Assembly: GCA_964493305.1 (NCBI GenBank)
Contig: CAZBLW010000001.1
Location: forward strand, 113,484-177,483
Direction: 5' to 3'
DNA length: 64,000 bases
Origin: an uncultured Gammaproteobacteria bacterium
Lineage (GTDB): Bacteria; Patescibacteriota; Patescibacteriia; S139-126
A model generated the notes under the pieces. It ran no database searches. It was given only the letters and a program-made list of their open reading frames with translations, and was not told where the DNA came from. Shown here piece by piece: positions 21,358 through 33,543 of the stretch (position 1 is the stretch's first letter; each line of letters opens with the position of its first letter). The position numbers and the translations under genes were made by a program.

Positions 21358-23202
21358 TTATTGACTAGAGCTAAATCTTCTTTTGGTTTTGGTGTACCAA
21401 TTGACCGAGTCATTTAGTCGATCGCTTGGTAAATTTATTCTTGTAGTATTAAAGCCCAGTATTTTTTTATTTAGCAAATAGGAATAAGTTGGTTGAAATA
21501 AAAATACGGCAGGTTGGTATTCTAAAATTATATTTTCAAACTGACTAAAAAGTTCAGATTTTTTTTCCAGGTTATTTGTTTGTCTTGCTTGTTCCAGTAA
21601 GGCATCAGCTCTTTTGTTGTTGAAGCTAGTTAAATTGAAGCCAGGATCTTTCAATTGGGAAGAGTGCCAAAAAGGGTAAAAATCAGGATCAGCACCCAAA
21701 ATTTCACCAAATAAAAGTAATTCGTAATTGCGGGATCTGATGGTTTCTCTTTGGATGCTACTGGCGGGGACAATATTTAAATTTATTTTCATCCCAATTT
21801 TTTCCCAAGCAACCCTTATCATGTCAGCCATTTTTATATTGTCCGGGTAATCAACCGTGGTTAGAGTTAGCTCTAATGTTTTGTCATCCTTGGTTAAAAA
21901 AGATTGTTCATCATTTCTTTGCCAGCCTAACTCACTTAAAATTTGTTGAGCTTGCTCGATATTGTACGGATTGGTATTTAGTTCTTGATTGTGTCCAGGC
22001 AAACCTGGTAAAACCGGGCTAGCTAACGCCAAAGCTTCTCCAGCGAATACCGTGTCAATAATTTCATTTTTATCAATTGTTAGTTCCAGAATTTTCCTTA
22101 TTTTTTGTTCTTTTAATAATTCGTTTTTGTCTTCATTGATGAAAATGCCAGTATATTGAGGTAATTGTAGGTTATAAATTTTTAACTGACGTTGATCTGA
22201 TAATGCTTGTTTTTTTTCTTTGGGAATAAAACTAATTCCATCAACATTTTGTTCTTGCAGGGCTTGCCAGGCTAAATCATAATTGGGATAAAATTTAAAA
22301 TTTAAATTATTCAGATAGGGCTGTTTACCATAATATTCACTGTTAGGTGCTAGCGAGTATGCGATTAGATTTCCATCTTTGTTCTTTTTTAAACTGTCAA
22401 ATTGCCAGGGTCCAGAACCAATCGGTTTGAGATTTAGCTCTGCCAATTTATAACTTTGAGCGGAAATATTTTCCCAAGCATGCGCTGGAATAATACCTAC
22501 TGTTAGGCTATGTAAAAAAGGTTCAAACGGTTTGGCTAAAATAAACTGTATTGTTCGATCATCGAGTTGATTGACCGTTACTCCTCTAAAGGCGGGTTCA
22601 AGTGGAGAATTATTTTTGCTATCTTGGATGAGGCCGATGGTGAAGGCAATATCCTTGGTAGTTAATTTTTTGCCGTCATGCCAGGTTAAATCAGGTTTAA
22701 GTATAAAAGTATAAGTTTTTCCATCCGGTGATATCTCATAACTTTCAGCTAAGTCATTTTCTAAATCAAGATTATTATTATATTTCAATAAACCTGAAAA
22801 TATTAGTTTAATCAAATCAGCATCAACGTCATTGGTTGAACCAAATATGGGGTTGATATACTGAGGTGCACCAATTAATGCCTCGGTGTAACTGCCACCC
22901 GCTTTAGGCAGTAGAGTAGTATGGCGCCAAGTGAAACTCAAGACAAATGCCAATAAAGAAATTAAGCCAACCAAGGAAAGTGTTTGCACAATTCTTTTTT
23001 CATTTTGATTGAGAAATCTTGGTAAATATTTTATCTGTTTGAAGCGAGGGAGACGGCTAGGTGATAACTGCCTTACCAGTTGTTCATCAAATTTTTCAAT
23101 TTGGCGAGCAGTAGTATTTTTTTTCACTTTAAAGATATAGGTTATTTTTTTAAACCAATATTGAATAAAGCTGGTGATTTTATTTAACCACGAAAAATTC
23201 AC
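21358..23202 (-). CDS. ABC transporter substrate-binding protein, family 5 (oligopeptide/nickel type) with N-terminal membrane anchor
   Basis: 614 aa; size and pattern of SBP_bac_5 proteins. Confidence 0.55.
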   Translation of the reverse strand: MNFSWLNKITSFIQYWFKKITYIFKVKKNTTARQIEKFDEQLVRQLSPSRLPRFKQIKYLPRFLNQNEKRIVQTLSLVGLISLLAFVLSFTWRHTTLLPKAGGSYTEALIGAPQYINPIFGSTNDVDADLIKLIFSGLLKYNNNLDLENDLAESYEISPDGKTYTFILKPDLTWHDGKKLTTKDIAFTIGLIQDSKNNSPLEPAFRGVTVNQLDDRTIQFILAKPFEPFLHSLTVGIIPAHAWENISAQSYKLAELNLKPIGSGPWQFDSLKKNKDGNLIAYSLAPNSEYYGKQPYLNNLNFKFYPNYDLAWQALQEQNVDGISFIPKEKKQALSDQRQLKIYNLQLPQYTGIFINEDKNELLKEQKIRKILELTIDKNEIIDTVFAGEALALASPVLPGLPGHNQELNTNPYNIEQAQQILSELGWQRNDEQSFLTKDDKTLELTLTTVDYPDNIKMADMIRVAWEKIGMKINLNIVPASSIQRETIRSRNYELLLFGEILGADPDFYPFWHSSQLKDPGFNLTSFNNKRADALLEQARQTNNLEKKSELFSQFENIILEYQPAVFLFQPTYSYLLNKKILGFNTTRINLPSDRLNDSVNWYTKTKRRFSSSQ

Positions 23203-23238
23203 AACTGAAAAATAAGTTTAATGAAGAGACAAAGGTTT

Positions 23239-23463
23239 TTATTCAGCTAAGAAAACCGCTATATAAAAACTTAAGGCAAAAAATATTACGCCTAGAATAA
23301 TAGTAAAATAATATAAAGTTTTTTCGGCACCTCTTTTAGCTCTAAAGACTTGATTGCCACCACCAAACACAGCTCCAGTGCCACTGCCTCTGTTTTGTAA
23401 GATAATTGCTAAAATCAATAGTAAAGCAATTACCATTTGAACTATCAAAAAAGGTTTGATCAT
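23239..23463 (-). CDS. secG: Preprotein translocase subunit SecG
   Basis: 74 aa, two TM helices; LQNRGSGTGAVFGGG matches the conserved SecG Gly-rich loop. Confidence 0.7.
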   Translation of the reverse strand: MIKPFLIVQMVIALLLILAIILQNRGSGTGAVFGGGNQVFRAKRGAEKTLYYFTIILGVIFFALSFYIAVFLAE

Positions 23464-23541
23464 GATTTTGACAATAAAAAAGAAGGTTTAATAACCAGGA
23501 GTTAGTATAACAAATAAAGTTTATTTTGTCAATATAATCTT

Positions 23542-25071
23542 TTAGCCCAAGTTATTTCGTAAATGCGTTTGACGATAATAATTAATGGCAAACCGATGAG
23601 CTTCATCTCTGATATTTTGTATAAGTTTTAAAGCAGGGCTGTGCTGGGTAAGTCGTATACTAGATTTTTCATCAGGTAGAAATATCTCTTCATTTTTTTT
23701 AGCCAAGGCAATAATTGGTAATTTTATTTTTAATTGTTGTAAAGTTTTTTTGACACTTGATAGTTGTCCTTTGCCGCCATCAATTATTATTAAATCCGGC
23801 CAGGCCCAATTAGTATGTCCTCTAAAGCGACGAGCGATTATTTCTGACATCATGGCATAATCATTTATGCCCTGAGTGTATTTAATTTTAAATTTACGAT
23901 ATTCTGATTTAGCTGGTGAGCCATTGATAAATACTACCATTGCTCCCACGGCAAAATTACCTTGAAAGTTGGATATATCATAACATTCGATACGTTGGGG
24001 CAAGGAGTTAAGTCTTAGTTGATTTGCTAAAGCTACAGTCGCTTGTAATAAATCTTTTTCTGTTCTATAAAAAGAAGGAATTTTTTTGGCTAGATAATCT
24101 TGTGCATTAAGTTCACCTAAATCAAGAATTTTTTTTAAACGACCAGTGTTGCCTTGTTTTATTTTTATTTTTTTATTGCCCAGAGATAATTCATTTTTAT
24201 ATAGTTTTAAATTGGTGATAATGATATTTGGCCAATCATTGGTTTGGGTATAATAAGTTTGTATAAATTCTAGTAAAATATGTTTTGGTTCATTGATTTG
24301 ACTGCCAATAGTGAAATTTAGTTTATCAATAATTTTACCCTGACGAATACGAAATAAATTGACTGCATGTAAATTGTTCCAAGTGAATAAACTAAAAACA
24401 TCTTGGTTGGTCATTTTTGTACTGACTATTTTTTGTTGTTGAGAAATTTTTTCTATAGCTTGCAATCGATCACGATAAATACTGGCCAGTTCATAATTTT
24501 TTTGACTAGCTGCTTGCGACATTTGTTTTTTGAGTTGTTTGATGATACTAGTAGTATGACCACGAAAAAAATTTTTAATTTGTTCAACTGTTTTCAGATA
24601 TTCTTTTTGATTGACAGATTTTTTGAAAGTAGCTGGTCCTTTTTGCCAAAATAGTGCCAAGGTTTGTCTAACTGCTTTAGCTGAAAGAAAAGGTCCAAAA
24701 TAAAGAGCTTTATCCGGTTTAATTTGTCTTTCTACACTTATGTTAGGTAATTTTTGTTTAGTTATTTTTACATAACAAAAATTTTTATCATCTTTTAGAT
24801 CAATATTATATTTTGGTTGAAATTTTTTTATTAGGTTATTCTCCAAAAGTAAAGCTTCAGTTTCATTATTGACCACTATAGTTTCAATTGTTTTAATTTC
24901 AGCCACCATCAATTTTTTCATAGGTGACAGGGTATTCTTTTGGTTGAAATAACTTCTGACTCTCTGTTTTATATTTTTGGCTTTACCAATATAGATAATT
25001 TTCCCAGTTTGATTTTTAAATAAATAACAACCTGGTCTGGTAGAAATATTGGTTAAATTTAGTTTGTTCAT
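23542..25071 (-). CDS. uvrC: Excinuclease ABC subunit C (short form, apparently lacking the C-terminal (HhH)2 domain)
   Basis: N-terminal GIY-YIG (GCYLFKN...IYIGKAKN); ends right after the EndoV-like AHRFAINYYR motif. Confidence 0.8.
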   Translation of the reverse strand: MNKLNLTNISTRPGCYLFKNQTGKIIYIGKAKNIKQRVRSYFNQKNTLSPMKKLMVAEIKTIETIVVNNETEALLLENNLIKKFQPKYNIDLKDDKNFCYVKITKQKLPNISVERQIKPDKALYFGPFLSAKAVRQTLALFWQKGPATFKKSVNQKEYLKTVEQIKNFFRGHTTSIIKQLKKQMSQAASQKNYELASIYRDRLQAIEKISQQQKIVSTKMTNQDVFSLFTWNNLHAVNLFRIRQGKIIDKLNFTIGSQINEPKHILLEFIQTYYTQTNDWPNIIITNLKLYKNELSLGNKKIKIKQGNTGRLKKILDLGELNAQDYLAKKIPSFYRTEKDLLQATVALANQLRLNSLPQRIECYDISNFQGNFAVGAMVVFINGSPAKSEYRKFKIKYTQGINDYAMMSEIIARRFRGHTNWAWPDLIIIDGGKGQLSSVKKTLQQLKIKLPIIALAKKNEEIFLPDEKSSIRLTQHSPALKLIQNIRDEAHRFAINYYRQTHLRNNLG

Positions 25072-25166
25072 ATATTTATCATACAGTATTGACTAAGTTT
25101 ATAAAATCAGTTATCTTACAATATTATCACAATCACCTTAACAAAACTAAATAAAAGGAGCCAGTT

Positions 25167-25379
25167 ATGAGCAATGTCATATGTGCTTGGTGTAATTCTA
25201 GCAACACCAAAAAGAAACCGACTGTCGAAACAGTCAAATATGAAGAGTATGTTTGCCAAGATTGTCATAAATCATCATGGCACCAAACTAATTATAATTT
25301 TGAAAAACTTCCCAATTTTCCCAACAAAAGAGAATTTTTTATGTTGGAGCCAGACTGTTTCCCAACAGTCAATCAGTAA
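25167..25379 (+). CDS. Small zinc-ribbon protein (CxxC...CxxC)
   Basis: 70 aa; strong SD (aaaaggag) 6 nt upstream of ATG; two Cys pairs CAWC / CQDC. Confidence 0.45.
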   Translation: MSNVICAWCNSSNTKKKPTVETVKYEEYVCQDCHKSSWHQTNYNFEKLPNFPNKREFFMLEPDCFPTVNQ

Positions 25380-25458
25380 AAATATTTGGTCAAGCTTAAA
25401 GCTTGACCATTTTTTATTCTTGGTATATACTTACTGCTGATTTTTTACTATTTTATTT

Positions 25459-28338
25459 ATGCCAAAAAAAGATAATCTTCATAAACAATATAATAAGATT
25501 GTTATCCGTGGTGCTAGAGTGCACAATTTAAAAAATATCGATGTTGATATTCCCCGTGACAAATTAATTGTAATTACCGGTTTGTCTGGTAGTGGTAAAT
25601 CTTCTTTGGCCTTTGATACGATATACGCTGAAGGTCAAAGGCGTTATGTTGAAAGTTTATCTTCTTATGCTCGTCAGTTTTTAGGTTTGATGGATAAGCC
25701 TGATGTTGATTTGATCGAGGGTTTATCTCCAGCAATATCTATTGATCAAAGATCTGTCTCACATAACCCACGTTCTACGGTTGGTACAGTGACTGAAATT
25801 TATGATTATTTGCGATTACTCTATGCCCGTATCGGCAAACCTCATTGTCCCAAATGTGGTCAGTTAGTAGTGAAACAAACCAAACAGCAAATTTGGCAAA
25901 AGATTGTTTCTTTACCCGAAGATACGCAATTGGTTTTGATGGCCCCAGTAGTACGTGATAAAAAAGGTGAACACAAAGGCGTGTTGGAAAAAATTCAAAA
26001 GGCAGGTTACGTCCGAGTGCGAGTTGATAAGGAAATAATGCCGATTGAAGAAGCTTTGGACAAAAATATTGATAAACAAAAAAGTCATAATATCGAAGTT
26101 ATTATCGACCGTTTTACCGTTAGTAATGATAGTGATGCCAAACAAAGGTTGGCTGAGAGTTTGGAAACCGCTTTAGATTTGGGTGATGGTTTTATTATGG
26201 TGTCGCTGGAAGGTAGTAAAGAAGATTTTATTTACAGTGAACATTTTGTTTGTCCCAAGTGTAATACCAGTTTACTGCCCATTGAGCCGAGAAATTTTTC
26301 TTTCAATTCACCTCACGGTGCTTGCGTCGAGTGTAGTGGTTTAGGAACTAAATTAGAAATTGATCAAGATTTGGTTATTCCCAATAAAAAATTGACCATA
26401 GCTCAAGGAGCAATTCGTCCCTGGGCACGTACCCGCGCTAACCAAAGTTGGTATGTTAGGATTTTGGAACAAGTAGGCAAAAAACACGGTTTTTCAGTCA
26501 ATGAACCATTGGAAAAATTCAACAAAAAACAGCTCAATATATTATTGTTTGGTACTGGTGAAAAAAAATATACAATGGATATAGAAAGTTCTAGTTTTTC
26601 TGGAGAATATGCCACTTATTTTGAAGGGGTGATACCTAACTTAGAAAGACGTTACAAAGATACCGAGTCCGATTATGTCCGCAGTGAGATTGAAAGATAT
26701 ATGCGCGTGCTTAAATGTCCGTTGTGCGATGGTAAAAGATTGAATGCCCAGTCATTGGCTGTAACAGTGGCTGATAAAAATATCAATTCAGTCACCAATT
26801 TTACCGTTAGTGAATCCATACCATTTTTTAAACAGTTGGGTAGTGCCAATCGCAATACAGCTTTAACTGAACGTGAGCAAAAAATTTCTAAACAAATTTT
26901 AAAAGAGATAGTTTCTCGTCTGCAGTTTTTGGAAAATGTAGGATTGGATTATTTAACATTGGATCGACCGGCAGCTACTTTGTCTGGCGGAGAAGCACAA
27001 CGTATAAGATTAGCAACACAAATTGGTTCAGCTTTGGTAGGCGTGCTTTATATTTTAGATGAGCCGTCAATCGGTTTACACCAAAAAGACAATCATAAAT
27101 TGATTAAAACTTTGCAACATTTAAGAGATTTGGGTAATACAGTAATTGTTGTTGAACATGATGAAGATACTATTTTAGCTGCCGATTATGTTATTGATAT
27201 TGGTCCTGGGGCAGGTGAACACGGTGGTCAGGTGGTAGCTTCTGGTACACCGGAACAAATTCAAAAGAATAAAAATTCTTTGACTGGTAAATTTATTGCC
27301 CGAAAGGAAAAAATTGATGCTCCTAAAAAATATCACGAAGGAAATGGTAAAAATATTAAAGTAGTAGGCGCTAGTGAACACAATTTACAAAATATTGATG
27401 TTTCCATACCTTTGGGTAAATTGGTAGCTATTACTGGCGTATCTGGTAGTGGTAAATCAACTTTAATGACCGACATTTTGGCCAAGGCTTTATCCCAATA
27501 CTTTTATCGAGCTAAAGATTTGCCTGGTGCTCATAAAGATATTAAAGGATTAGAAAATTTGGATAAAGTAATCAATATCGATCAGTCGCCTATTGGCCGA
27601 ACGCCGCGTTCAAACCCAGCTACTTACACAGGTTTATTTACACCAATTAGAGAACTTTACGCTGAATTGCCAGAATCCAAAATGCGTGGTTATAGTCCGG
27701 GTAGATTTTCATTCAATGTTAAGGGCGGTCGGTGTGAGGCTTGTCAGGGTGATGGTATGGTACGGATCGAAATGAATTTTTTGCCAGATGTTTATGTCGA
27801 ATGCGAAGAGTGCCATGGACATCGATACAATCAGCAAGCTTTGGAAATTCACTATCGAGGTAAAAATATTTCTGATGTTTTAAATATGACCGTAGAGGAG
27901 GCAATGAATTTTTTTGCCAATGTGCCAGCTATTCATGATAAATTAATTACCTTACACCAAGTAGGACTTGGCTATATTCATCTGGGACAATCAGCCACTA
28001 CTTTGTCTGGCGGCGAGGCCCAACGTATCAAACTTGCTACTGAACTTTCCCGTCGTGCAACTGGCAAGACTTTATATATTTTAGATGAACCCACGACCGG
28101 ACTTCATTTTGCCGATGTTAAAAGATTGTTGTTAGTTTTAAATCAGTTGGTAGAAAAAGGTAACAGCGTATTGATTATTGAACATAATCTTGATGTTATA
28201 AAATCATGTGATTGGATAATCGATTTAGGTCCTGAAGGTGGTAGTAAGGGAGGAAAAATTGTCGCTCAAGGCACACCGCGTGAGGTGGCCAATATTAAAC
28301 AAAGTTTTACCGGCCAGTATTTAAAGAAAATGTTTTAA
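25459..28338 (+). CDS. uvrA: Excinuclease ABC subunit A
   Basis: 959 aa; two ABC ATPase modules ([18 protein letters not shown]) and zinc-finger Cys clusters. Confidence 0.95.
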   Translation: MPKKDNLHKQYNKIVIRGARVHNLKNIDVDIPRDKLIVITGLSGSGKSSLAFDTIYAEGQRRYVESLSSYARQFLGLMDKPDVDLIEGLSPAISIDQRSVSHNPRSTVGTVTEIYDYLRLLYARIGKPHCPKCGQLVVKQTKQQIWQKIVSLPEDTQLVLMAPVVRDKKGEHKGVLEKIQKAGYVRVRVDKEIMPIEEALDKNIDKQKSHNIEVIIDRFTVSNDSDAKQRLAESLETALDLGDGFIMVSLEGSKEDFIYSEHFVCPKCNTSLLPIEPRNFSFNSPHGACVECSGLGTKLEIDQDLVIPNKKLTIAQGAIRPWARTRANQSWYVRILEQVGKKHGFSVNEPLEKFNKKQLNILLFGTGEKKYTMDIESSSFSGEYATYFEGVIPNLERRYKDTESDYVRSEIERYMRVLKCPLCDGKRLNAQSLAVTVADKNINSVTNFTVSESIPFFKQLGSANRNTALTEREQKISKQILKEIVSRLQFLENVGLDYLTLDRPAATLSGGEAQRIRLATQIGSALVGVLYILDEPSIGLHQKDNHKLIKTLQHLRDLGNTVIVVEHDEDTILAADYVIDIGPGAGEHGGQVVASGTPEQIQKNKNSLTGKFIARKEKIDAPKKYHEGNGKNIKVVGASEHNLQNIDVSIPLGKLVAITGVSGSGKSTLMTDILAKALSQYFYRAKDLPGAHKDIKGLENLDKVINIDQSPIGRTPRSNPATYTGLFTPIRELYAELPESKMRGYSPGRFSFNVKGGRCEACQGDGMVRIEMNFLPDVYVECEECHGHRYNQQALEIHYRGKNISDVLNMTVEEAMNFFANVPAIHDKLITLHQVGLGYIHLGQSATTLSGGEAQRIKLATELSRRATGKTLYILDEPTTGLHFADVKRLLLVLNQLVEKGNSVLIIEHNLDVIKSCDWIIDLGPEGGSKGGKIVAQGTPREVANIKQSFTGQYLKKMF

Positions 28339-28393
28339 TCAATTATGCCCTCCCTTGGGGGCATAATTTATTTTAATTTGCTACAATAAAGTC

Positions 28394-29272
28394 ATGATCA
28401 GCCAAGACCAATTTAAGAATTTAGTTTTTCATGACATTTTTTCTTACCCGTTAACCGCTTGGGAATTGAAAAAATTTGCCTGGCACGATGATTTTACGTC
28501 ATTAGAAAATCCTGATAATTATCAGCCGGTGTCAGGCTTTTATTGTTTGTCTAATCGTCAATCTATTATCAAGACTAGACATGACAATTTTGTGATAAGT
28601 GTAGCTAAGTTACGTCGAGTTAGACGATTGATAAAATGGTTAAGGTTATTGCCCAGTGTGAAAATGATAGCTATTTGCAATTCTCTCGGTTTTTTAAATG
28701 CCACAGCTGGTAGTGATATTGATTTGTTTATAGTAACCGCACCCAATAAAATTTGGTTGACTAGGTTTTGGTTACAAGGAATTTTAAAATTATTGCATTT
28801 GCGACCGTATGACCGAGGACATAAGAAAGACAGTTTTTGTTTGACATTTTTTTTAAGCCAAGCAGATTTGGATATTAGGAGTTTACAAATAAATAAACCC
28901 GATATTTATTTGGTTTATTGGCTGACAAAGTTATTGCCAATGTATGACCCGGAAAATATTTATCAGAAATTGTGGTCTGCTAATAGTTGGATAAAGCAAT
29001 ATTTACCCCAGGTAGAACCTTTGGAATTGGATAATTTTTGGGTAGTAAAAAAAAGTTTATCAACCCAATTGTTTAGTTGGCTAAATTGGCAAATATGGGA
29101 ACAGCCATTAAAAAAAATTCAACTTAAGTTAATGCCTACCCAACTAAAACAAATGGCCAATCGTGACAGTCGCGTGGTAATAAACGATAAGATTTTAAAA
29201 TTCCATGGTGCGGACGATAAGCGGGAATATTATCAGACATTGTGGAAGGAAAAATGCTTATCAAAAAATTAA
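28394..29272 (+). CDS. Hypothetical protein, possible Pol-beta-type nucleotidyltransferase fold
   Basis: GSDIDLFIV motif reminiscent of the nucleotidyltransferase GS-x-D-x-D; otherwise unrecognised. Confidence 0.3.
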   Translation: MISQDQFKNLVFHDIFSYPLTAWELKKFAWHDDFTSLENPDNYQPVSGFYCLSNRQSIIKTRHDNFVISVAKLRRVRRLIKWLRLLPSVKMIAICNSLGFLNATAGSDIDLFIVTAPNKIWLTRFWLQGILKLLHLRPYDRGHKKDSFCLTFFLSQADLDIRSLQINKPDIYLVYWLTKLLPMYDPENIYQKLWSANSWIKQYLPQVEPLELDNFWVVKKSLSTQLFSWLNWQIWEQPLKKIQLKLMPTQLKQMANRDSRVVINDKILKFHGADDKREYYQTLWKEKCLSKN

Positions 29273-30594
29273 TAATCATGATTCAACAAAAATTAGAAAA
29301 AATTTTAGAATACGGCGTATATTTGTGGATATTTTTATTGCCTTGGCAAATACGTTATTTTTATCAAGCCACAATTAAAGGTGGTGCATGGGAGGGTGGC
29401 AGCACGGCTATTTATGTGAGTGAAATCGTGTTGTTGTTGTTAATATTTGGCAATTTTGTTTTTTGGATCAGACAACCGGCAACAAAAAACAATCATCAAA
29501 ATTTTACCATTACCCAACCAATTTGGTGGTTATTGATTTTTGTAGCTTGGGCTTTTTTGAGTGCTTGGTGGTCAGTTTTTCCAGCTCTAAGTATATATTA
29601 TGGATTGAAATTGTTCTTGGGTTTGGGAGTTATTTGGTTGATTGGTTGGAAAAAAATATCTTTTAACCGGGTGGCAGTTATTTTTGTCGCCAGTGGTTTA
29701 GTGCAAGGTCTATTGGCAATTAGTCAGTTTTTGAATCAGTTTGTTTGGGGAAGTAAATGGTTGGGGATGGCCTGGCAGGATCCGCAAAATTTAGGAGTTT
29801 CAGTGGTTGATACTGGCATTAGGCGTTGGCTTAGAGCTTACGGTTCTTTTTCTCATCCGAATATTTTGGGCGGTTATTTGGTTATCAGTTTAGCTTTTTT
29901 ATTTTATCTTTATGAAGAGGTTAATAAGCTTTGGTTACGATTTAAAAATAAACAGTTGCAGATTTATAAAATAATTCTATTGATAAGTGTCTTAATAATT
30001 TTTTCTGGACTGTTACTTAGCTTTTCCCGCGCCGCTTGGTTGGCGGCAGGAATAGGGTTGTTGTTAATTTTTGTGCAGTTGTTGTTTAAAAAAAGCTCTG
30101 TTAGTTGGCAAACTTTTGCTAGTCTAGTCTTATTAATAATAGTAACTTGCGGTTTATGGATTAGTGTCTATAGCGAACCCTTTATAACACGGATTAAAGC
30201 TCAGGAAAGATTGGAACAATTATCTTTTACTCAACGAGTGGATAGTTATCAAGATGCTTGGTTGTCATTTAAGCAACAACCTTGGTTGGGAACCGGCCTG
30301 GGTGCTTATACTTACAGCTTGCATCAGCAATATCCCGAACGTTACGTGTGGGATTTGCAACCACCGCATAATACTTTTTTATTAATTTTAGTAGAGTTGG
30401 GATTGGTGGGGTTTATAATATTTTTAATAATATTTCTTTTATTGATCAAAAATATTTATTTTCAGTTTTCAAATCTCAACCTATTAATATTATTGGTTTT
30501 CTTAATGTTATTTGATCATTGGTGGTGGTCTTTAGTATCAGGACAATATTTGCTTTATCTGCTGGGAGCTGTGCTTTGGTATAAAAAAACTTAA
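29242..30594 (+). CDS. O-antigen ligase (Wzy_C)-family polytopic membrane protein
   Basis: 450 aa, ~10 predicted TM helices; FSRAAWLAAGIG loop motif typical of the O-antigen ligase family. Confidence 0.55.
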   Translation: MEGKMLIKKLIIMIQQKLEKILEYGVYLWIFLLPWQIRYFYQATIKGGAWEGGSTAIYVSEIVLLLLIFGNFVFWIRQPATKNNHQNFTITQPIWWLLIFVAWAFLSAWWSVFPALSIYYGLKLFLGLGVIWLIGWKKISFNRVAVIFVASGLVQGLLAISQFLNQFVWGSKWLGMAWQDPQNLGVSVVDTGIRRWLRAYGSFSHPNILGGYLVISLAFLFYLYEEVNKLWLRFKNKQLQIYKIILLISVLIIFSGLLLSFSRAAWLAAGIGLLLIFVQLLFKKSSVSWQTFASLVLLIIVTCGLWISVYSEPFITRIKAQERLEQLSFTQRVDSYQDAWLSFKQQPWLGTGLGAYTYSLHQQYPERYVWDLQPPHNTFLLILVELGLVGFIIFLIIFLLLIKNIYFQFSNLNLLILLVFLMLFDHWWWSLVSGQYLLYLLGAVLWYKKT

Positions 30595-30621
30595 AAGCTA
30601 AGATTAAAAACTTGTGGATAA

Positions 30622-30648
30622 TTAGCACTCTTGACGGTAGAGTGCTAA
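30622..30648 (+). promoter_or_regulatory. CIRCE operator (HrcA binding site) upstream of groES
   Basis: Perfect TTAGCACTC-N9-GAGTGCTAA. The spacer contains TTGACG, a possible -35, with TAAAAT ~18 nt downstream. Confidence 0.85.
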
Positions 30649-30772
30649 TTTTGTTAAAATTTATTTTGGTCGTTATCTTAAATTTACCCATAAAATCCCT
30701 TTAAAATTGGACATATTTTTGATTTTAGGGTAAGCTATATTTTCTTATATTTAATAATTAATAAGTTATTTT

Positions 30773-31048
30773 ATGAAAATTAAACCTTTAGGCGATCGGG
30801 CGGTTTTGCGACCAGCCAAAGTAGAAGAAGTAACTAAATCAGGTATAGTTTTGCCTGATACAGTTGATAAAGAAAAGCCAGAACAAGCTGAAGTAGTTGC
30901 AGTGGGCACTGGTGAAAAAATAGTTAAGCTTGGTATTAAGCCGGGTGACAAAGTACTTTGTTCCAAGTATGGCGGTACCGAAGTTAAAATTGATGAGATA
31001 GAGTATAAGGTCGTAGGGGAGGATGATATTTTAGCAGTACTTGAGTAG
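30773..31048 (+). CDS. groES: Co-chaperonin GroES
   Basis: 91 aa; KIKPLGDRAVL... Confidence 0.95.
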   Translation: MKIKPLGDRAVLRPAKVEEVTKSGIVLPDTVDKEKPEQAEVVAVGTGEKIVKLGIKPGDKVLCSKYGGTEVKIDEIEYKVVGEDDILAVLE

Positions 31049-31147
31049 AATTTTTAATTTTGTAATTTTTAATTTTTAAAAATTAGGGATTAAAAATTAT
31101 TTATAAAATTATAAAATTCAAAAATTAAAAATTTTCTTAAATCTTAA

Positions 31148-32821
<1,674 letters not shown>

Positions 32822-33132
32822 ATTTTATTTTAAACAATTAGTTTATTAAAACAACCTTGCTCTAATAGGCGAGGTTGTTTTAATAACCACATGAGTTCAA
32901 TTTTAAATTGTAAAGTTTTAATTTTAAAATAAATTCCAATTTTAAATTTTTAAAATTAATAAATTAAACCGTATTTTTTAGATTGGAAATTGGCGAGCAA
33001 GTATAATTCAATGAATTTAAAATTATTTTCTCTTTTTTGCTTCTTTTTGCTGACAAATAGTAGGGATAAATATGTTTTTCTTTTTTTTCCTTTTTTGCTA
33101 AAATAAATACTGTTAAATATTAATAAAAAGTT

Positions 33133-33459
33133 ATGGATAATGAAAATATGACACCACCAACAGACAACGGTCAACAACCAAATCAAGACGACAAAGCTAT
33201 AATAATTTTATCTTATCTATTTTTGTTGTTTTTGGTACCGCTTTTGACTAAAAGAGATTCAGTCTTTGCCCAGTATCATGCCAAACAAGGGCTTATCTTG
33301 GCAATTTGTTGGATGATTGCTCCGTTCACTCTGTTTCTAGCCCCAGTTGCTTATGTGTTTTGTGTGGTGATGGCGATTATCGGTATCATGAACGTTCTTA
33401 ACAACAAAATGGTACCACTGCCTTTGATTGGACAATTGGCTGATAAATTCAAAATCTAA
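33133..33459 (+). CDS. Small membrane protein (DUF4870-like)
   Basis: 108 aa, 2-3 TM helices; followed by a strong terminator. Confidence 0.45.
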   Translation: MDNENMTPPTDNGQQPNQDDKAIIILSYLFLLFLVPLLTKRDSVFAQYHAKQGLILAICWMIAPFTLFLAPVAYVFCVVMAIIGIMNVLNNKMVPLPLIGQLADKFKI

Positions 33460-33473
33460 AATTGTTTTTTATT

Positions 33474-33501
33474 AAACCCCGCTTTTAGGCGGGGTTTTTT
33501 G
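33474..33501 (+). terminator. Rho-independent terminator
   Basis: aaccccgc-tttta-ggcggggtt + T6. Confidence 0.7.
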
Positions 33502-33543
33502 TTTATGGTATAATTAAATGAGTTATTATTAATAAAATTTTGT

